From Patescibacteria group bacterium UBA3530 (GTDB taxonomy: Bacteria > Patescibacteriota > Minisyncoccia > Phycocordibacterales > UBA2100), in assembly GCA_002376945.1 (NCBI GenBank), contig DFOX01000009.1, positions 1,340 to 65,339 of the forward strand: DNA of 64,000 nucleotides. Direction: 5' to 3'. This document shows, one piece after another, positions 37,962 through 47,686 of the stretch. How positions within the stretch are numbered: position 1 is the stretch's first letter; each line of letters opens with the position of its first letter. The position numbers and the translations under genes are program-made. Below the pieces are notes generated by a model that was given only the letters and a program-made list of their open reading frames with translations, did no database searches and was not told the DNA's origin.

Positions 37962-38555
37962 ATGCGATATTCTTCCGAGAGAGGATTTACACTTATAGAA
38001 TCAATAGTGTTTCTCAGTGTCGTGGTCATCATCATCGTCGCTATTGTGGTTTCTCTACGGTATGCGTATCGAGGACAACGGTTTGCATTCGAACAAGCGG
38101 ATGCAACACGCAGCGCACGCGCAGGCATTAGCCGGGTTGTCGAGGATGTGCGAGAAGCATCATATGCTGATGATGGCGCGTACCCCATTGTGGCGATGGC
38201 GACTTCCAGCATCACTTTCTACAGCGACTACGACAATGACAACAAAGTGGAACGTATCAGATACTTTTTAGAGAATACTGATTTCAAGAGAGGTATTATT
38301 GAATCAGCGGGAGATCCTCCCGCATACGAACCTTCAAACGAAATTGTTACAGTAGTTTCGGATAATGTGAGAAATGAAAGTGTCGGGGTGCCCCTTTTCA
38401 CGTTCTATGACACATCAGGAGTTGAGATGAGTACACTCTCGGAAGTGGACGAACTTGCGTTCCTGCTCGTACGATTAATGGTGAACTTAAATCCAGAACG
38501 CGCACCGAATGATTTTGAATTACGAAGTAGTGCAGCGCTACGCAATATTAAATAG
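37962..38555 (+). CDS. pseudopilin (PulJ/PilW-like)
   Basis: ERGFTLIESIVFLSVVVIIIVAIV prepilin methylation motif. Confidence 0.7.
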   Translation: MRYSSERGFTLIESIVFLSVVVIIIVAIVVSLRYAYRGQRFAFEQADATRSARAGISRVVEDVREASYADDGAYPIVAMATSSITFYSDYDNDNKVERIRYFLENTDFKRGIIESAGDPPAYEPSNEIVTVVSDNVRNESVGVPLFTFYDTSGVEMSTLSEVDELAFLLVRLMVNLNPERAPNDFELRSSAALRNIK

Positions 38556-38557
38556 GT

Positions 38558-39961
38558 ATGGAAAAAGCACAAAAAGGAATTGCTATAATACTCGTTCTCG
38601 TATTTGCCGCCGTATTCACATTGGCAATATCGGCGCTTGTTGGTTTCATCTTCACCCAAGCACAATTGGGAGCTTCAAAAGAGACGAGAGAAAAGGCATT
38701 GGGTATTGCAGAAGCAGGTCTTGCGTATTACCACTGGTTCCTCACACACAATCCGGGGGACATACAAGATGGAACGGGGACGAGTGGTCCGTACGTACAT
38801 GCATATAACGAACCCGGAGCAGGTCAGTTGGGTTCATACAGTTTGTCGATAGCGGGAAATGAGGCATGTGGAGTAATACAGTCCATAGACGTGACCTCCA
38901 CAGGAGAGGTTGCGGCTGACACTGCATTTAAACGAACCGTTTTCGGTCGACATGCAAAACCGAGTGTTGCAGAGTATTCGTACATTATTGGTGAAAGTGT
39001 ATGGGCAGGATCTGATAGAAATATAACAGGCCCGTACCATTCAAACGGAGGTATTCGAATGGATGGCACGAACAACTCTTTGGTAACCAGCGCGGTTGCA
39101 AACTGGTCATGTAACTCCAGTTTCGGTTGTTCACCGACGCAAACCCAAAATGGAGTATTTGGAGCAGGTTCTGGAAGCGTATTGTGGCAGTTTCCAGCAA
39201 ATAGCATTGATTTTAACGATATGGCAGCAGACTTCTCTGAGCTGAAAGGGTATGCACAAGCAAACGGGGTATACCTTGCTCCGTACAGTTCAACTGAAAT
39301 CAATTATGGTGGATATATGACCGCAACGAATGGATATCACCTTGTGTTTAATAGTGATGGTACGGTTGATATCTACCAAGTCACTAATACAGGAGGATAT
39401 TGGGGCTATCGTAGTGGTATCGGATGGACTCCGGATTTCCACATCATTAACGCAGAGTCATTTATCGAGAGAAGGGCGATACCGTCGAGCTGCTCTCTTA
39501 TATACGTGGAGGACAAGGTATGGATAGAGGGAACGGTAAAGGGAAAAGTGACTGTTGTTGCAGCAGATGTGGTAAACAATTATGATCCTGATGTAATTCT
39601 TGAGGATAATATAGACTATTCAGCACAAGACGGGTCAGACGGTCTGACGGTGATAAGTGAGAATGGTATTTACATACCACCTCAATCACCCGACAACTTG
39701 TCACTAAAAGGAATTTTTGTTGCTCAAGGAGATCGGTTCGGCAGACCATACTATTCAGGAGATACCAAAAGTCAGCTCACCATGAGTGGATCGATCGTTT
39801 CTCTTAAAAGAGTAGGGACGAGTTGGTCGTGTAGCGGATCATTCTGTTCAGGGTACGCTAATCGTGAAAACTCATATGATCGATTACAAACGACAAACCC
39901 ACCACCATTCACTCCGGCGAGTACCACCACTCCGCAATACATTTTGTGGAGAGAGATGTAG
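38558..39961 (+). CDS. large minor pilin, PilX/GspK-like
   Basis: N-terminal KGIAIILVLVFAAVFTLAISALVGFIF followed by a ~430-aa Gly/Ser/Thr-rich extracellular domain. Confidence 0.5.
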   Translation: MEKAQKGIAIILVLVFAAVFTLAISALVGFIFTQAQLGASKETREKALGIAEAGLAYYHWFLTHNPGDIQDGTGTSGPYVHAYNEPGAGQLGSYSLSIAGNEACGVIQSIDVTSTGEVAADTAFKRTVFGRHAKPSVAEYSYIIGESVWAGSDRNITGPYHSNGGIRMDGTNNSLVTSAVANWSCNSSFGCSPTQTQNGVFGAGSGSVLWQFPANSIDFNDMAADFSELKGYAQANGVYLAPYSSTEINYGGYMTATNGYHLVFNSDGTVDIYQVTNTGGYWGYRSGIGWTPDFHIINAESFIERRAIPSSCSLIYVEDKVWIEGTVKGKVTVVAADVVNNYDPDVILEDNIDYSAQDGSDGLTVISENGIYIPPQSPDNLSLKGIFVAQGDRFGRPYYSGDTKSQLTMSGSIVSLKRVGTSWSCSGSFCSGYANRENSYDRLQTTNPPPFTPASTTTPQYILWREM

Positions 39962-39978
39962 CATATATACTTACCCTC

Positions 39979-40728
39979 ATGAAAACAGTAATCGGTAATT
40001 GGAAACTGAATCCGCAATCTTTCCTGGAAGCGAAGCGGCTTTTTGAAGCAACAAAAAAAGTAGCGCATGCATACAAAAATACCAATATTATCATCGCACC
40101 TCCCGCGGTGTTTCTCTATGCACTCACAAAAGGATACCGCGGAACTCGGGTTGAGTTTGGGGCACAAGGTGTATCAAAAGAACTCACCGGATCGCACACC
40201 GGTGCCATATCCGCATTACAACTGCGCGATGTTGGTGCAACAGTTGCGATAATCGGACATGCCGAACAAAGAGCTGAAGGACTCACAAATGAAGAGGTTC
40301 GTGCACAGGTTGCAGCTTGTCTTGAGGGAAGACTGGATCCAATAGTTGCAGTAGGAGAAAAAGAACGAGATACGCAAGGAAATTATGTTGCTTTTGTGAG
40401 AGAGCAACTTGCTGAAGCACTACGGGATGTTTCGGGGACAAAATTTAAAAATATCACCATTGCATACGAACCGGTGTGGGCAATTGGAGCTCCTGACGCG
40501 CCAAGTGCGATGATGGTGCACCAAATGATTTTACTCGTACGAAAATTAATGGTTGAGTTGTACGGAGAAAGAGCGATGAAGGCGGTTCGTATTGTATACG
40601 GTGGGGCAATTAATGAGGACAATGCAAAGGACATTCTTGCCATCCCGGGACTTCACGGAGTGCTCGTTGGAAGAGCGAGTTTAGATCCGGTGAGACTGGA
40701 GGAAATCGTTAAGGTAGCAAATGAATAA
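39979..40728 (+). CDS. tpiA: triosephosphate isomerase
   Basis: Trimmed to MKTVIGNWKLN; IIGHAEQR; YEPVWAIG. Confidence 0.9.
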   Translation: MKTVIGNWKLNPQSFLEAKRLFEATKKVAHAYKNTNIIIAPPAVFLYALTKGYRGTRVEFGAQGVSKELTGSHTGAISALQLRDVGATVAIIGHAEQRAEGLTNEEVRAQVAACLEGRLDPIVAVGEKERDTQGNYVAFVREQLAEALRDVSGTKFKNITIAYEPVWAIGAPDAPSAMMVHQMILLVRKLMVELYGERAMKAVRIVYGGAINEDNAKDILAIPGLHGVLVGRASLDPVRLEEIVKVANE

Positions 40729-41821
40729 TATGAAATATATCGATGAAAATGTAGAAGTGACCGGAAAGAAAGTGCTGGTGAGAGCGGGGTTAAATGTGCC
40801 GTTACACGAAGAAAGAATAGTGGATGATTTTAGAATTAAAAATGCAATAGACACACTCAAGTTTTTGCACACACAAGGTGCACAAACCATCGTTATTGCG
40901 CATATCGGGAGGAGGGGAAATGAATCGCTTCGACACGTATCCGAACTTCTCAGTGAGCACGTTCCGGTAGTTTTCGGAGAGGAGCATTTAGAGAAAATGA
41001 AGGATGGAGACATCGTGCTTCTGGAGAATTTGAGAAGAGATCCCCGCGAGACGAATAATGATGAGTCGTTCGCGCGAGAACTCGCCGACTTGGCCGAGAT
41101 ATTCGTTCAAGATGCGTTTGAAGTGTGTCACCGAGAGCATGCGAGCATTGTAGGAGTGGCAAAGCACCTACCAAGCTATGGAGGATTGTTATTGAAGAGA
41201 GAAATCACCGCTCTTTCCATGGCATTTAAGCCACGCCATCCAGCTCTCTTTATACTGGGAGGGGGAAAGGTGATCACGAAGGAGCCCCTGGCACAAAAAT
41301 TTGAGGGCATTTACGATGCCGTGTTCATTGGAGGCATCCTGCAAAATGAGATACTTTCTGCAAGAGGGTTGGAGATAGGAAAATCTGCCGTCGAAGACGG
41401 CGCGGTGCCGTTTAGTGTACTATCATCACCGAAAGTTGTAGAAGTGGAAGATGTCATTATCGAAGATGAAAAAGGCGGAACAGCAAATATTTCGATTCAT
41501 GATGTCGCACCGACAGACACTATTGTCGATATGGGAGAAGCCACTACACGAGCACTCATCGACACACTTCACATGTATAAAACTATTGTGTGGAACGGAC
41601 CGCTTGGTTGGTACGAGCGGGGGTATGACGCGTCAACGGTGACGTTGCTACATGCCGTCGCAAAAAGTAATGCTAAAACGATCGTTGGCGGTGGTGATAC
41701 GGTCGCAGTGATTCAAAAAGAAGGTCTGGAAGACGATCTCTCTTTTGTGTCCACCGGCGGAGGGGCGATGTTACAGTTTCTGCAAGAAGGAACGCTTCCC
41801 GGAATTGAAGCATTAGGGTAG
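40721..41821 (+). CDS. pgk: phosphoglycerate kinase
   Basis: VLVRAGLNVPL; WNGPLGWYE; GGGDTVA. Confidence 0.9.
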   Translation: MNNMKYIDENVEVTGKKVLVRAGLNVPLHEERIVDDFRIKNAIDTLKFLHTQGAQTIVIAHIGRRGNESLRHVSELLSEHVPVVFGEEHLEKMKDGDIVLLENLRRDPRETNNDESFARELADLAEIFVQDAFEVCHREHASIVGVAKHLPSYGGLLLKREITALSMAFKPRHPALFILGGGKVITKEPLAQKFEGIYDAVFIGGILQNEILSARGLEIGKSAVEDGAVPFSVLSSPKVVEVEDVIIEDEKGGTANISIHDVAPTDTIVDMGEATTRALIDTLHMYKTIVWNGPLGWYERGYDASTVTLLHAVAKSNAKTIVGGGDTVAVIQKEGLEDDLSFVSTGGGAMLQFLQEGTLPGIEALG

Positions 41822-42214
41822 ATTTTTTACAATCTGCAAAGCAGCCGTGTCCATCGCTTCATCACTCAGATCTTTAATGTTTTTAAGGTTAATGGATCCA
41901 CCGTGCCCATCATTTTCGTGACGTGGCACCAACCACATGTGTGCGTGAGGAACTTCTTCTCCGAAGATAAGTGAGACAATGTGATCAGTCTCAAAAGCGC
42001 TTCTCTGAGCGTTTGCGATTTTGTGACATACTTCCATGTACGCGGGCGTGTTTTCCATATCCCATACCCATCGATGATGTTTTTTTGGTATGACGAGCGT
42101 GTGTCCGGGATTGAGCGGCCGTACATCAAGGAAGGCGAGAAAGGAGTCATCCTCATACACCACTCTTGAAGGTATTTCTCCAGCAACTATGTTACAGAAA
42201 ATACAATCTGTCAT
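41813..42214 (-). CDS. HIT-family (histidine triad) hydrolase
   Basis: Trimmed to MTDCIFCNIVAGEIP; triad EEVPHAHMWLVP. Confidence 0.8.
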   Translation of the reverse strand: MTDCIFCNIVAGEIPSRVVYEDDSFLAFLDVRPLNPGHTLVIPKKHHRWVWDMENTPAYMEVCHKIANAQRSAFETDHIVSLIFGEEVPHAHMWLVPRHENDGHGGSINLKNIKDLSDEAMDTAALQIVKNLP

Positions 42215-42231
42215 TAACGAAAGTATATCGC

Positions 42232-43905
42232 ATGCTACAATCTCCTCCAATGGAAGATTTTATACACAATCTACTCACACAGAGAGGGATAGTGACCGAA
42301 GAAGATAGAGATCGATTTTTCAATCCAAATTATGAAAGGGACTTGCACGATCCTTTTCTCTTGAAAGACATGGATGCTGCGGTTGTTCGCATCGTAGCGG
42401 CAATTGAGAACAAAGAAAAAATTGCAATTTATAGTGACTTTGATGCGGATGGAATTCCCGCAGGTGTGTTGCTTGCCGAATTCTTACAAAAAGTCGGTCA
42501 CACAAATTTTGTAAATTATATTCCACATCGTCATACTCAAGGGTACGGATTTCACACAACAGCAGTTACCGAGTTATGCACACAAAATGTCTCCTTGATA
42601 ATTACTGCAGACGTTGGTATCGCAGATGTGGAGACGGTAGCATATGCTGCGGATAGGGGGGTGGATGTCATTATCACCGATCATCACCTACCAAAGGAGC
42701 AATTACCAAAAGCGATTGCTATCGTGAACCCGCAAAGAAAGGATTGTGTATATCCCAACAAACATCTCTGCGGGAGCGGTGTTGCGTTCAAGCTCGTACA
42801 GGCACTGCTTACACACTCTCGTAAGGAAAAACGTGTATGGGTGGACGCAATTACAGAAGGGTGGGAAAAATGGCTATTGGACTTAGTGGCTATAGCAACT
42901 GTCGGAGACATGGTTGAATTAACGGGAGAAAATAGAGCACTTGTTCATTTTGGAATACTTGTTCTGAGAAAATCAAAAAGACCTGGCATCGCAGCGCTCT
43001 GCAAAAAACTGCGATTGGCTAAGCCATTTCTTACAGAAGACGATATAGGGTTTTCAATTGCTCCGAGAATCAATGCCTCCAGTCGCATGGGTAGTCCGGA
43101 AACGGCTTTTCGACTACTTGCAACACATCATGAGCAAGAGGCGGTCAGTATGGCAAAGGAGTTAGAATCTTTGAACAATAAGAGAAAAGGCGGTGTTGCA
43201 AGTATTGTGCGCACACTCAAGGAAAGATTTGATGATCATGAAGCCAATGTATTGGTGGCGGGGAATCCTCACTGGAACCCGGCTCTGCTTGGGCTCGCAG
43301 CGAATTCTTTGGTTGACACCTATGGTAAAACAGTCTGTCTCTGGGGGAGAGAGGGTACAGGAAGTATCAAAGGGTCATGTCGGGGCAACGGAGACGTTGG
43401 CGTGGTTGATTTGTTTACACACATGGGAGAAGTACTCACCCAATTTGGAGGACATGCTCATGCTGGGGGCTTTTCAGTCTCAGGAGACAACATATACGAT
43501 ATTGAAAAAGCTTTTGAAGATGCCTATGTGCAGATGCCAAAAACAAATATGACACAATCAGTATCTCCAGATGCCGCACTGCCACATGATGCGCTTGAAC
43601 ATACTCACCGTGCAATTGCACGCATGGCTCCGTTTGGTGTTGGTAATCCCAAGCCGTTATTTGTGTATGAAAATGCGCATGTCACTTCTCTTCGCCAGTT
43701 TGGAAAAGAAGGACTTCACTTGGAGATGCAGCTTCGTAGTGGAAGTTTGAAAGAACAGATACGCGCCATTTCTTTTTTTAAGCATCCCGATTCATTCACT
43801 GAGAAAGTAACCGAAGGAAACCAAGTGAATGTAATCGGCACACTTGAATTATCGCGGTTTATGGGACGTGTGCAATTTGAGTTGCGGGTTGTTGATGTGG
43901 TATAG
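42232..43905 (+). CDS. recJ: single-stranded-DNA-specific exonuclease RecJ (DHH/DHHA1)
   Basis: Trimmed to MLQSPP; DHH motifs IAIYSDFDADGI and ITDHH. Confidence 0.85.
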   Translation: MLQSPPMEDFIHNLLTQRGIVTEEDRDRFFNPNYERDLHDPFLLKDMDAAVVRIVAAIENKEKIAIYSDFDADGIPAGVLLAEFLQKVGHTNFVNYIPHRHTQGYGFHTTAVTELCTQNVSLIITADVGIADVETVAYAADRGVDVIITDHHLPKEQLPKAIAIVNPQRKDCVYPNKHLCGSGVAFKLVQALLTHSRKEKRVWVDAITEGWEKWLLDLVAIATVGDMVELTGENRALVHFGILVLRKSKRPGIAALCKKLRLAKPFLTEDDIGFSIAPRINASSRMGSPETAFRLLATHHEQEAVSMAKELESLNNKRKGGVASIVRTLKERFDDHEANVLVAGNPHWNPALLGLAANSLVDTYGKTVCLWGREGTGSIKGSCRGNGDVGVVDLFTHMGEVLTQFGGHAHAGGFSVSGDNIYDIEKAFEDAYVQMPKTNMTQSVSPDAALPHDALEHTHRAIARMAPFGVGNPKPLFVYENAHVTSLRQFGKEGLHLEMQLRSGSLKEQIRAISFFKHPDSFTEKVTEGNQVNVIGTLELSRFMGRVQFELRVVDVV

Positions 43906-43961
43906 AGGGGCTATCAACAAAGAGAGGGCCATACATCGTGCGGGTACGATATACTGTGTAT

Positions 43962-44954
43962 ATGAAATCGTTCTCTACAAAGGAAGCTCTTGTTGTAGGG
44001 TGGCAAACATTCAAAGAGCGACCCTTCTTTTTAATCGGGCTTTTCATACTCACTACCGTTATTTCTTCAGTGATGGGTCTTGTTGCTGAGAATGTGAGTG
44101 GAAGTACCGGGGTGGTAATCAATCTGGTTGATTTTGCCATCCAGATAATTCTTGGAATGGGCATTACCCTTATCTTGTTGCGCGTGTACGATAAATCCGA
44201 AACCGATTATACTGACCTTGTAGAGCCGTTACATTTATTTTGGAAGTATCTTGTGATGACTATTCTAGTGGTGTCCATTATCACTATCGGTCTCGTACTC
44301 TTCTTAGTACCAGGAATTGTTGCGGGTATTGCGCTTGCATTTGCGCCGTATTTGGTTGTGGATAGAAATATGGGACCTGTTCAAGCCATTAAAGAGAGTA
44401 TGCGTATCACTCATGGACATCGATGGGGCCTTTTCATTTTCGGTTTTCTCATTTTTGTTATAAACATTCTCGGTGCAATCGTATTTGGCATGGGGTTGTT
44501 CCTCACTATTCCCATAACCGCACTTGCTGCAGTACATGTCTATCGCTGGCTTCTGAATCCTCCAGAACATGATGGTTCCGAGGTGACCATGACCGCAAAA
44601 GTGTTGGTTTCATTTGCGTTTGTATTGGTGCTTGGTGGTTTGATTGTATTCGTACTTGCGCTTGGGGGCATTCGGGGTTCTGAAACTGCGGATATGCGCG
44701 ATGCTCAACGACAGGCCGATATGGGAGTCATTGGTTTAGCGGCAGATATGTACTATACAGAGTACGGTACTTTTCCTACAACACTGCAAGATATGGTACC
44801 CGATCTTTTGAATGATATTCCAAGAGACCCTGCGACAAATACCGAGTATGTATACACTACATACGGTGAGAACATCGACTATCAATTATGTGCCGAGTTA
44901 GAATCTACTGGTCAAACATATTGTACGTACGGTTTGGAAGTCGGAGGAGAGTAG
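43962..44954 (+). CDS. polytopic membrane protein with C-terminal pseudopilin-like (GspG-like) globular domain
   Basis: Several TM helices; C-terminus AADMYYTEYGTFPTTLQDMVPDLLNDIPRDPATNTEYVYT resembles the type II/IV pilin globular domain. Confidence 0.45.
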   Translation: MKSFSTKEALVVGWQTFKERPFFLIGLFILTTVISSVMGLVAENVSGSTGVVINLVDFAIQIILGMGITLILLRVYDKSETDYTDLVEPLHLFWKYLVMTILVVSIITIGLVLFLVPGIVAGIALAFAPYLVVDRNMGPVQAIKESMRITHGHRWGLFIFGFLIFVINILGAIVFGMGLFLTIPITALAAVHVYRWLLNPPEHDGSEVTMTAKVLVSFAFVLVLGGLIVFVLALGGIRGSETADMRDAQRQADMGVIGLAADMYYTEYGTFPTTLQDMVPDLLNDIPRDPATNTEYVYTTYGENIDYQLCAELESTGQTYCTYGLEVGGE

Positions 44955-44991
44955 TCGACTATACCACATGACGCGCGTATACTGAGAGCTC

Positions 44992-45414
44992 ATGGATTCA
45001 TTACTTATTTACACCGACGGTGCGTCTCGTGGAAATCCCGGAAGTGCCGGTGCCGGTGCGGTTATTTTCAAAGGAGAAGAATTGATTGCCGAGATAAAGC
45101 AATTTCTTGGGCAACAAACCAACAACTGGTCAGAGTATGAAGCTGTTGCCCTTGCCCTTTCTCGTGTTAAGGATATGGGTCTTGAACAATTAGATGTAGA
45201 AATTAAACTTGATAGCAAATTGGTGGCAGAACAACTGTCTGGTAATTGGAAAATAAAATCGGACACCATACGAGATCAATACAGAAAAGTGCAAGAAATT
45301 CTTTCAAAAGGATTTGCTCCCGTTACCTACACACACATTCGGCGGGAGTTAAATACACACGCTGATCAACTTGCAAATGATGCCATTGACGACGCGCTCA
45401 GGCTGCGGAAGTAA
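44992..45414 (+). CDS. rnhA: ribonuclease HI
   Basis: IYTDGASRGNPG ... SEYEAV ... THADQLAN. Confidence 0.85.
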   Translation: MDSLLIYTDGASRGNPGSAGAGAVIFKGEELIAEIKQFLGQQTNNWSEYEAVALALSRVKDMGLEQLDVEIKLDSKLVAEQLSGNWKIKSDTIRDQYRKVQEILSKGFAPVTYTHIRRELNTHADQLANDAIDDALRLRK

Positions 45415-45438
45415 CTCTCTTTTTGGTATGGTACGTGT

Positions 45439-46863
45439 ATGCATCGCTACGTACCCATTGCTTTTGTCGGATTATTGGCTGGAATTGCTTTCCGTTCGTT
45501 TGTAGATGTTGGGTTTCAATTTTTCTTACTACCTCCTTTAATTGCATTCACACTTCTGTGCCTGTATCGACGGCGACACCTCTCTTTTGTGGTGCTGCTC
45601 ATATTCATCTCACTGGGGATGGTGCGAATGGATGTTGCCGTGCCACCAAATGTCAATTTTGATAATGTGGGAGAGCAAATTGCGTTTATCGGAACGGTGG
45701 TAAAAGATCCTGATGAGCGAGAATATTACACCAATCTTGTCCTGGAGAGTGATGTATTTAAGCATCGAGTGTTGGTGAAAGCTTCAACTAACGAAACCTT
45801 TCGTTATGGAGAGCGCGTGTCTGTTTCGGGTGTGGTGGAGCAACCACAAAATTTTGAAGGAGACACGGGGCGAGTGTTTAACTATCAGGGGTACCTCGCC
45901 AAAGATGACATCTACTATGTTATACAAACAGAAGACGTCTTCGTAGTGGAGACGAGAACCACGGCAATGAGCATACTTCTCTCTGCCAAAGAGCGATATT
46001 TACTTTCCTTGAAAACATTTCTCAAAGAACCCTATGCGGCGCTTGCCGGTGGTATAACGGTAGGTGAAAAACGTTCTTTGGGAAGTGAATTAACAAAAAA
46101 GTTCAGAGAAGCGGGCCTTATTCACATCGTGGTGCTGTCTGGATACAACATTGCAATTATGGTTATTGCACTTTCGGCACTGCTTTCCTTCTTGAATCCG
46201 ACTATACGATCAGTTGCAGCAATTATTTTAATTGCAGTATTTACGGTGTTTGTCGGTGCGTCTGCAACGGTGGTTCGCGCCGCTCTTATGGGAGGCATTG
46301 CGGCATTTGGAGTGATGGCTCGAAGAAATTATGATGCGCTGCACGCACTTGTGGTTGCAGGATGTATCATGGTGTTATGGAATCCATACGTGGTCATCTA
46401 CGACCCTTCATTTCAATTAAGTTTTGTGGCGACACTGGGCCTACTTCTCGGAGCGCCACTTTTTCTCCACTGGTTGTCATTCATCCCGGAAACATTTGGA
46501 TTACGTGAGTTGGTGGTTGCAACAGTGGTAACACAAATCGCAGTACTCCCATTGTTGGTGTACATGATGGGCGAGGTTTCATTGGTATCCCTTCCGGTAA
46601 ATATGGTTGTGTTGCCGTTCGTACCTCTTGCCATGCTCTTTTCATTTCTAGTTGGCGTATTGGGAATGATAAGTGGAGTATTAACACTTCCTTTTATGTT
46701 CGTCGCCCACTATTTCCTGCGCTTTATTGTTTCTGTCGTTGAGTTTGGAACATCTGTTTCATGGGCTGCAGTTGCGGTGCCGAACATTCCCTTTTGGGCC
46801 GTGGTCGTTTCATACATCATACTAATCATGTTGTGGATGAAAGGAAAACAGGCAGCCTCGTGA
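45439..46863 (+). CDS. comEC: ComEC/Rec2 competence channel, N-terminal DUF4131 plus integral membrane domain (no MBL domain)
   Basis: LIHIVVLSGYNIAIMV and ~10 TM helices; ends before any beta-lactamase domain. Confidence 0.8.
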   Translation: MHRYVPIAFVGLLAGIAFRSFVDVGFQFFLLPPLIAFTLLCLYRRRHLSFVVLLIFISLGMVRMDVAVPPNVNFDNVGEQIAFIGTVVKDPDEREYYTNLVLESDVFKHRVLVKASTNETFRYGERVSVSGVVEQPQNFEGDTGRVFNYQGYLAKDDIYYVIQTEDVFVVETRTTAMSILLSAKERYLLSLKTFLKEPYAALAGGITVGEKRSLGSELTKKFREAGLIHIVVLSGYNIAIMVIALSALLSFLNPTIRSVAAIILIAVFTVFVGASATVVRAALMGGIAAFGVMARRNYDALHALVVAGCIMVLWNPYVVIYDPSFQLSFVATLGLLLGAPLFLHWLSFIPETFGLRELVVATVVTQIAVLPLLVYMMGEVSLVSLPVNMVVLPFVPLAMLFSFLVGVLGMISGVLTLPFMFVAHYFLRFIVSVVEFGTSVSWAAVAVPNIPFWAVVVSYIILIMLWMKGKQAAS

Positions 46864-46881
46864 GGCTGCCCATCTCGTTTC

Positions 46882-47364
46882 TCAGACCCCTGCCGACACG
46901 CCGGCAGTACGGTTTCTTGCCGAAGCAATCGCCTGTGCAATATCCCTACGTTCCCATTCTTGGAATCCGACATCATCTTTCGTGATGGTGTCGATGACTT
47001 CGAGGATGCGCCTTTCGCCTATATTCCCACTTGTCAGCTCACTCAAAAGCTCGCATGACACTTGGCGCAGAGTCTTGTACCGCGCCATGCACATCCGAGT
47101 CCCCTGTTCTTCGGAGAGCATTTTTTCTTGCTCATTGATTTGTTTCAGAAAAGAAACAATCGCTTCTTGTTTGCCCATACAGATGCGCTTTGCAGCGGCA
47201 TCAAGTGCATGACGGGCTCTTTGCGCATTATCAAACAGATGTATGTTGGAGAGGATTTCCCCGCATACAATCAATGGGACACTTGGCGCTGCCGCGTCTA
47301 TATCAATAGACTCGACATATCGTATGACGGCAAGTGCCTGTTTTTGTGATGATGGCGTCATCAA
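46882..47364 (-). CDS. hypothetical protein
   Basis: 160-aa ORF, no motif recognised. Confidence 0.4.
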   Translation of the reverse strand: MMTPSSQKQALAVIRYVESIDIDAAAPSVPLIVCGEILSNIHLFDNAQRARHALDAAAKRICMGKQEAIVSFLKQINEQEKMLSEEQGTRMCMARYKTLRQVSCELLSELTSGNIGERRILEVIDTITKDDVGFQEWERRDIAQAIASARNRTAGVSAGV

Positions 47365-47454
47365 TCTTCCCTCGCAAGTTAAAAAGAACGTCGCATATCA
47401 AGTGCGACCAGGAGAGTATACGGTATGCTGAATAGGTGTCAAATGGTTATGCAT

Positions 47455-47489
47455 CCAAAAGAAAACCTCGGGCACCTGCGTGCCCGAGG
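47455..47489 (-). terminator. intrinsic terminator
   Basis: Minus strand CCUCGGGCAC-GCAG-GUGCCCGAGG followed by UUUUCUUUU. Confidence 0.55.
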
Positions 47490-47498
47490 ATGAAGACA

Positions 47499-47651
47499 CT
47501 AGGCGAAACAATCACCCAGCGCGTCGGCGAAATCCCCAAAACAGGGGGACTCCTCTTCATCGGCGGGGAGTTTCTGCTCCCTGCGGCGCTCATCGGCAGT
47601 GTTTTCCGATGAGCGTGGCGGGGAATCTCCCCCTGATGATTTGTGTCTCAT
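47499..47651 (-). CDS. candidate small protein (50 aa, MRHKSSGGDSPPRSSENTADERRREQKLPADEEESPCFGDFADALGDCFA), GC-rich
   Basis: AGGAGGG 4 nt upstream of ATG (47651); stop lies 7 nt before a strong terminator; absent from the track (below 60 aa); local GC clearly above flanks. Confidence 0.3.
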   Translation of the reverse strand: MRHKSSGGDSPPRSSENTADERRREQKLPADEEESPCFGDFADALGDCFA

Positions 47652-47686
47652 TTAACCCTCCTATGAAGTTGGAACAAGATACCATG

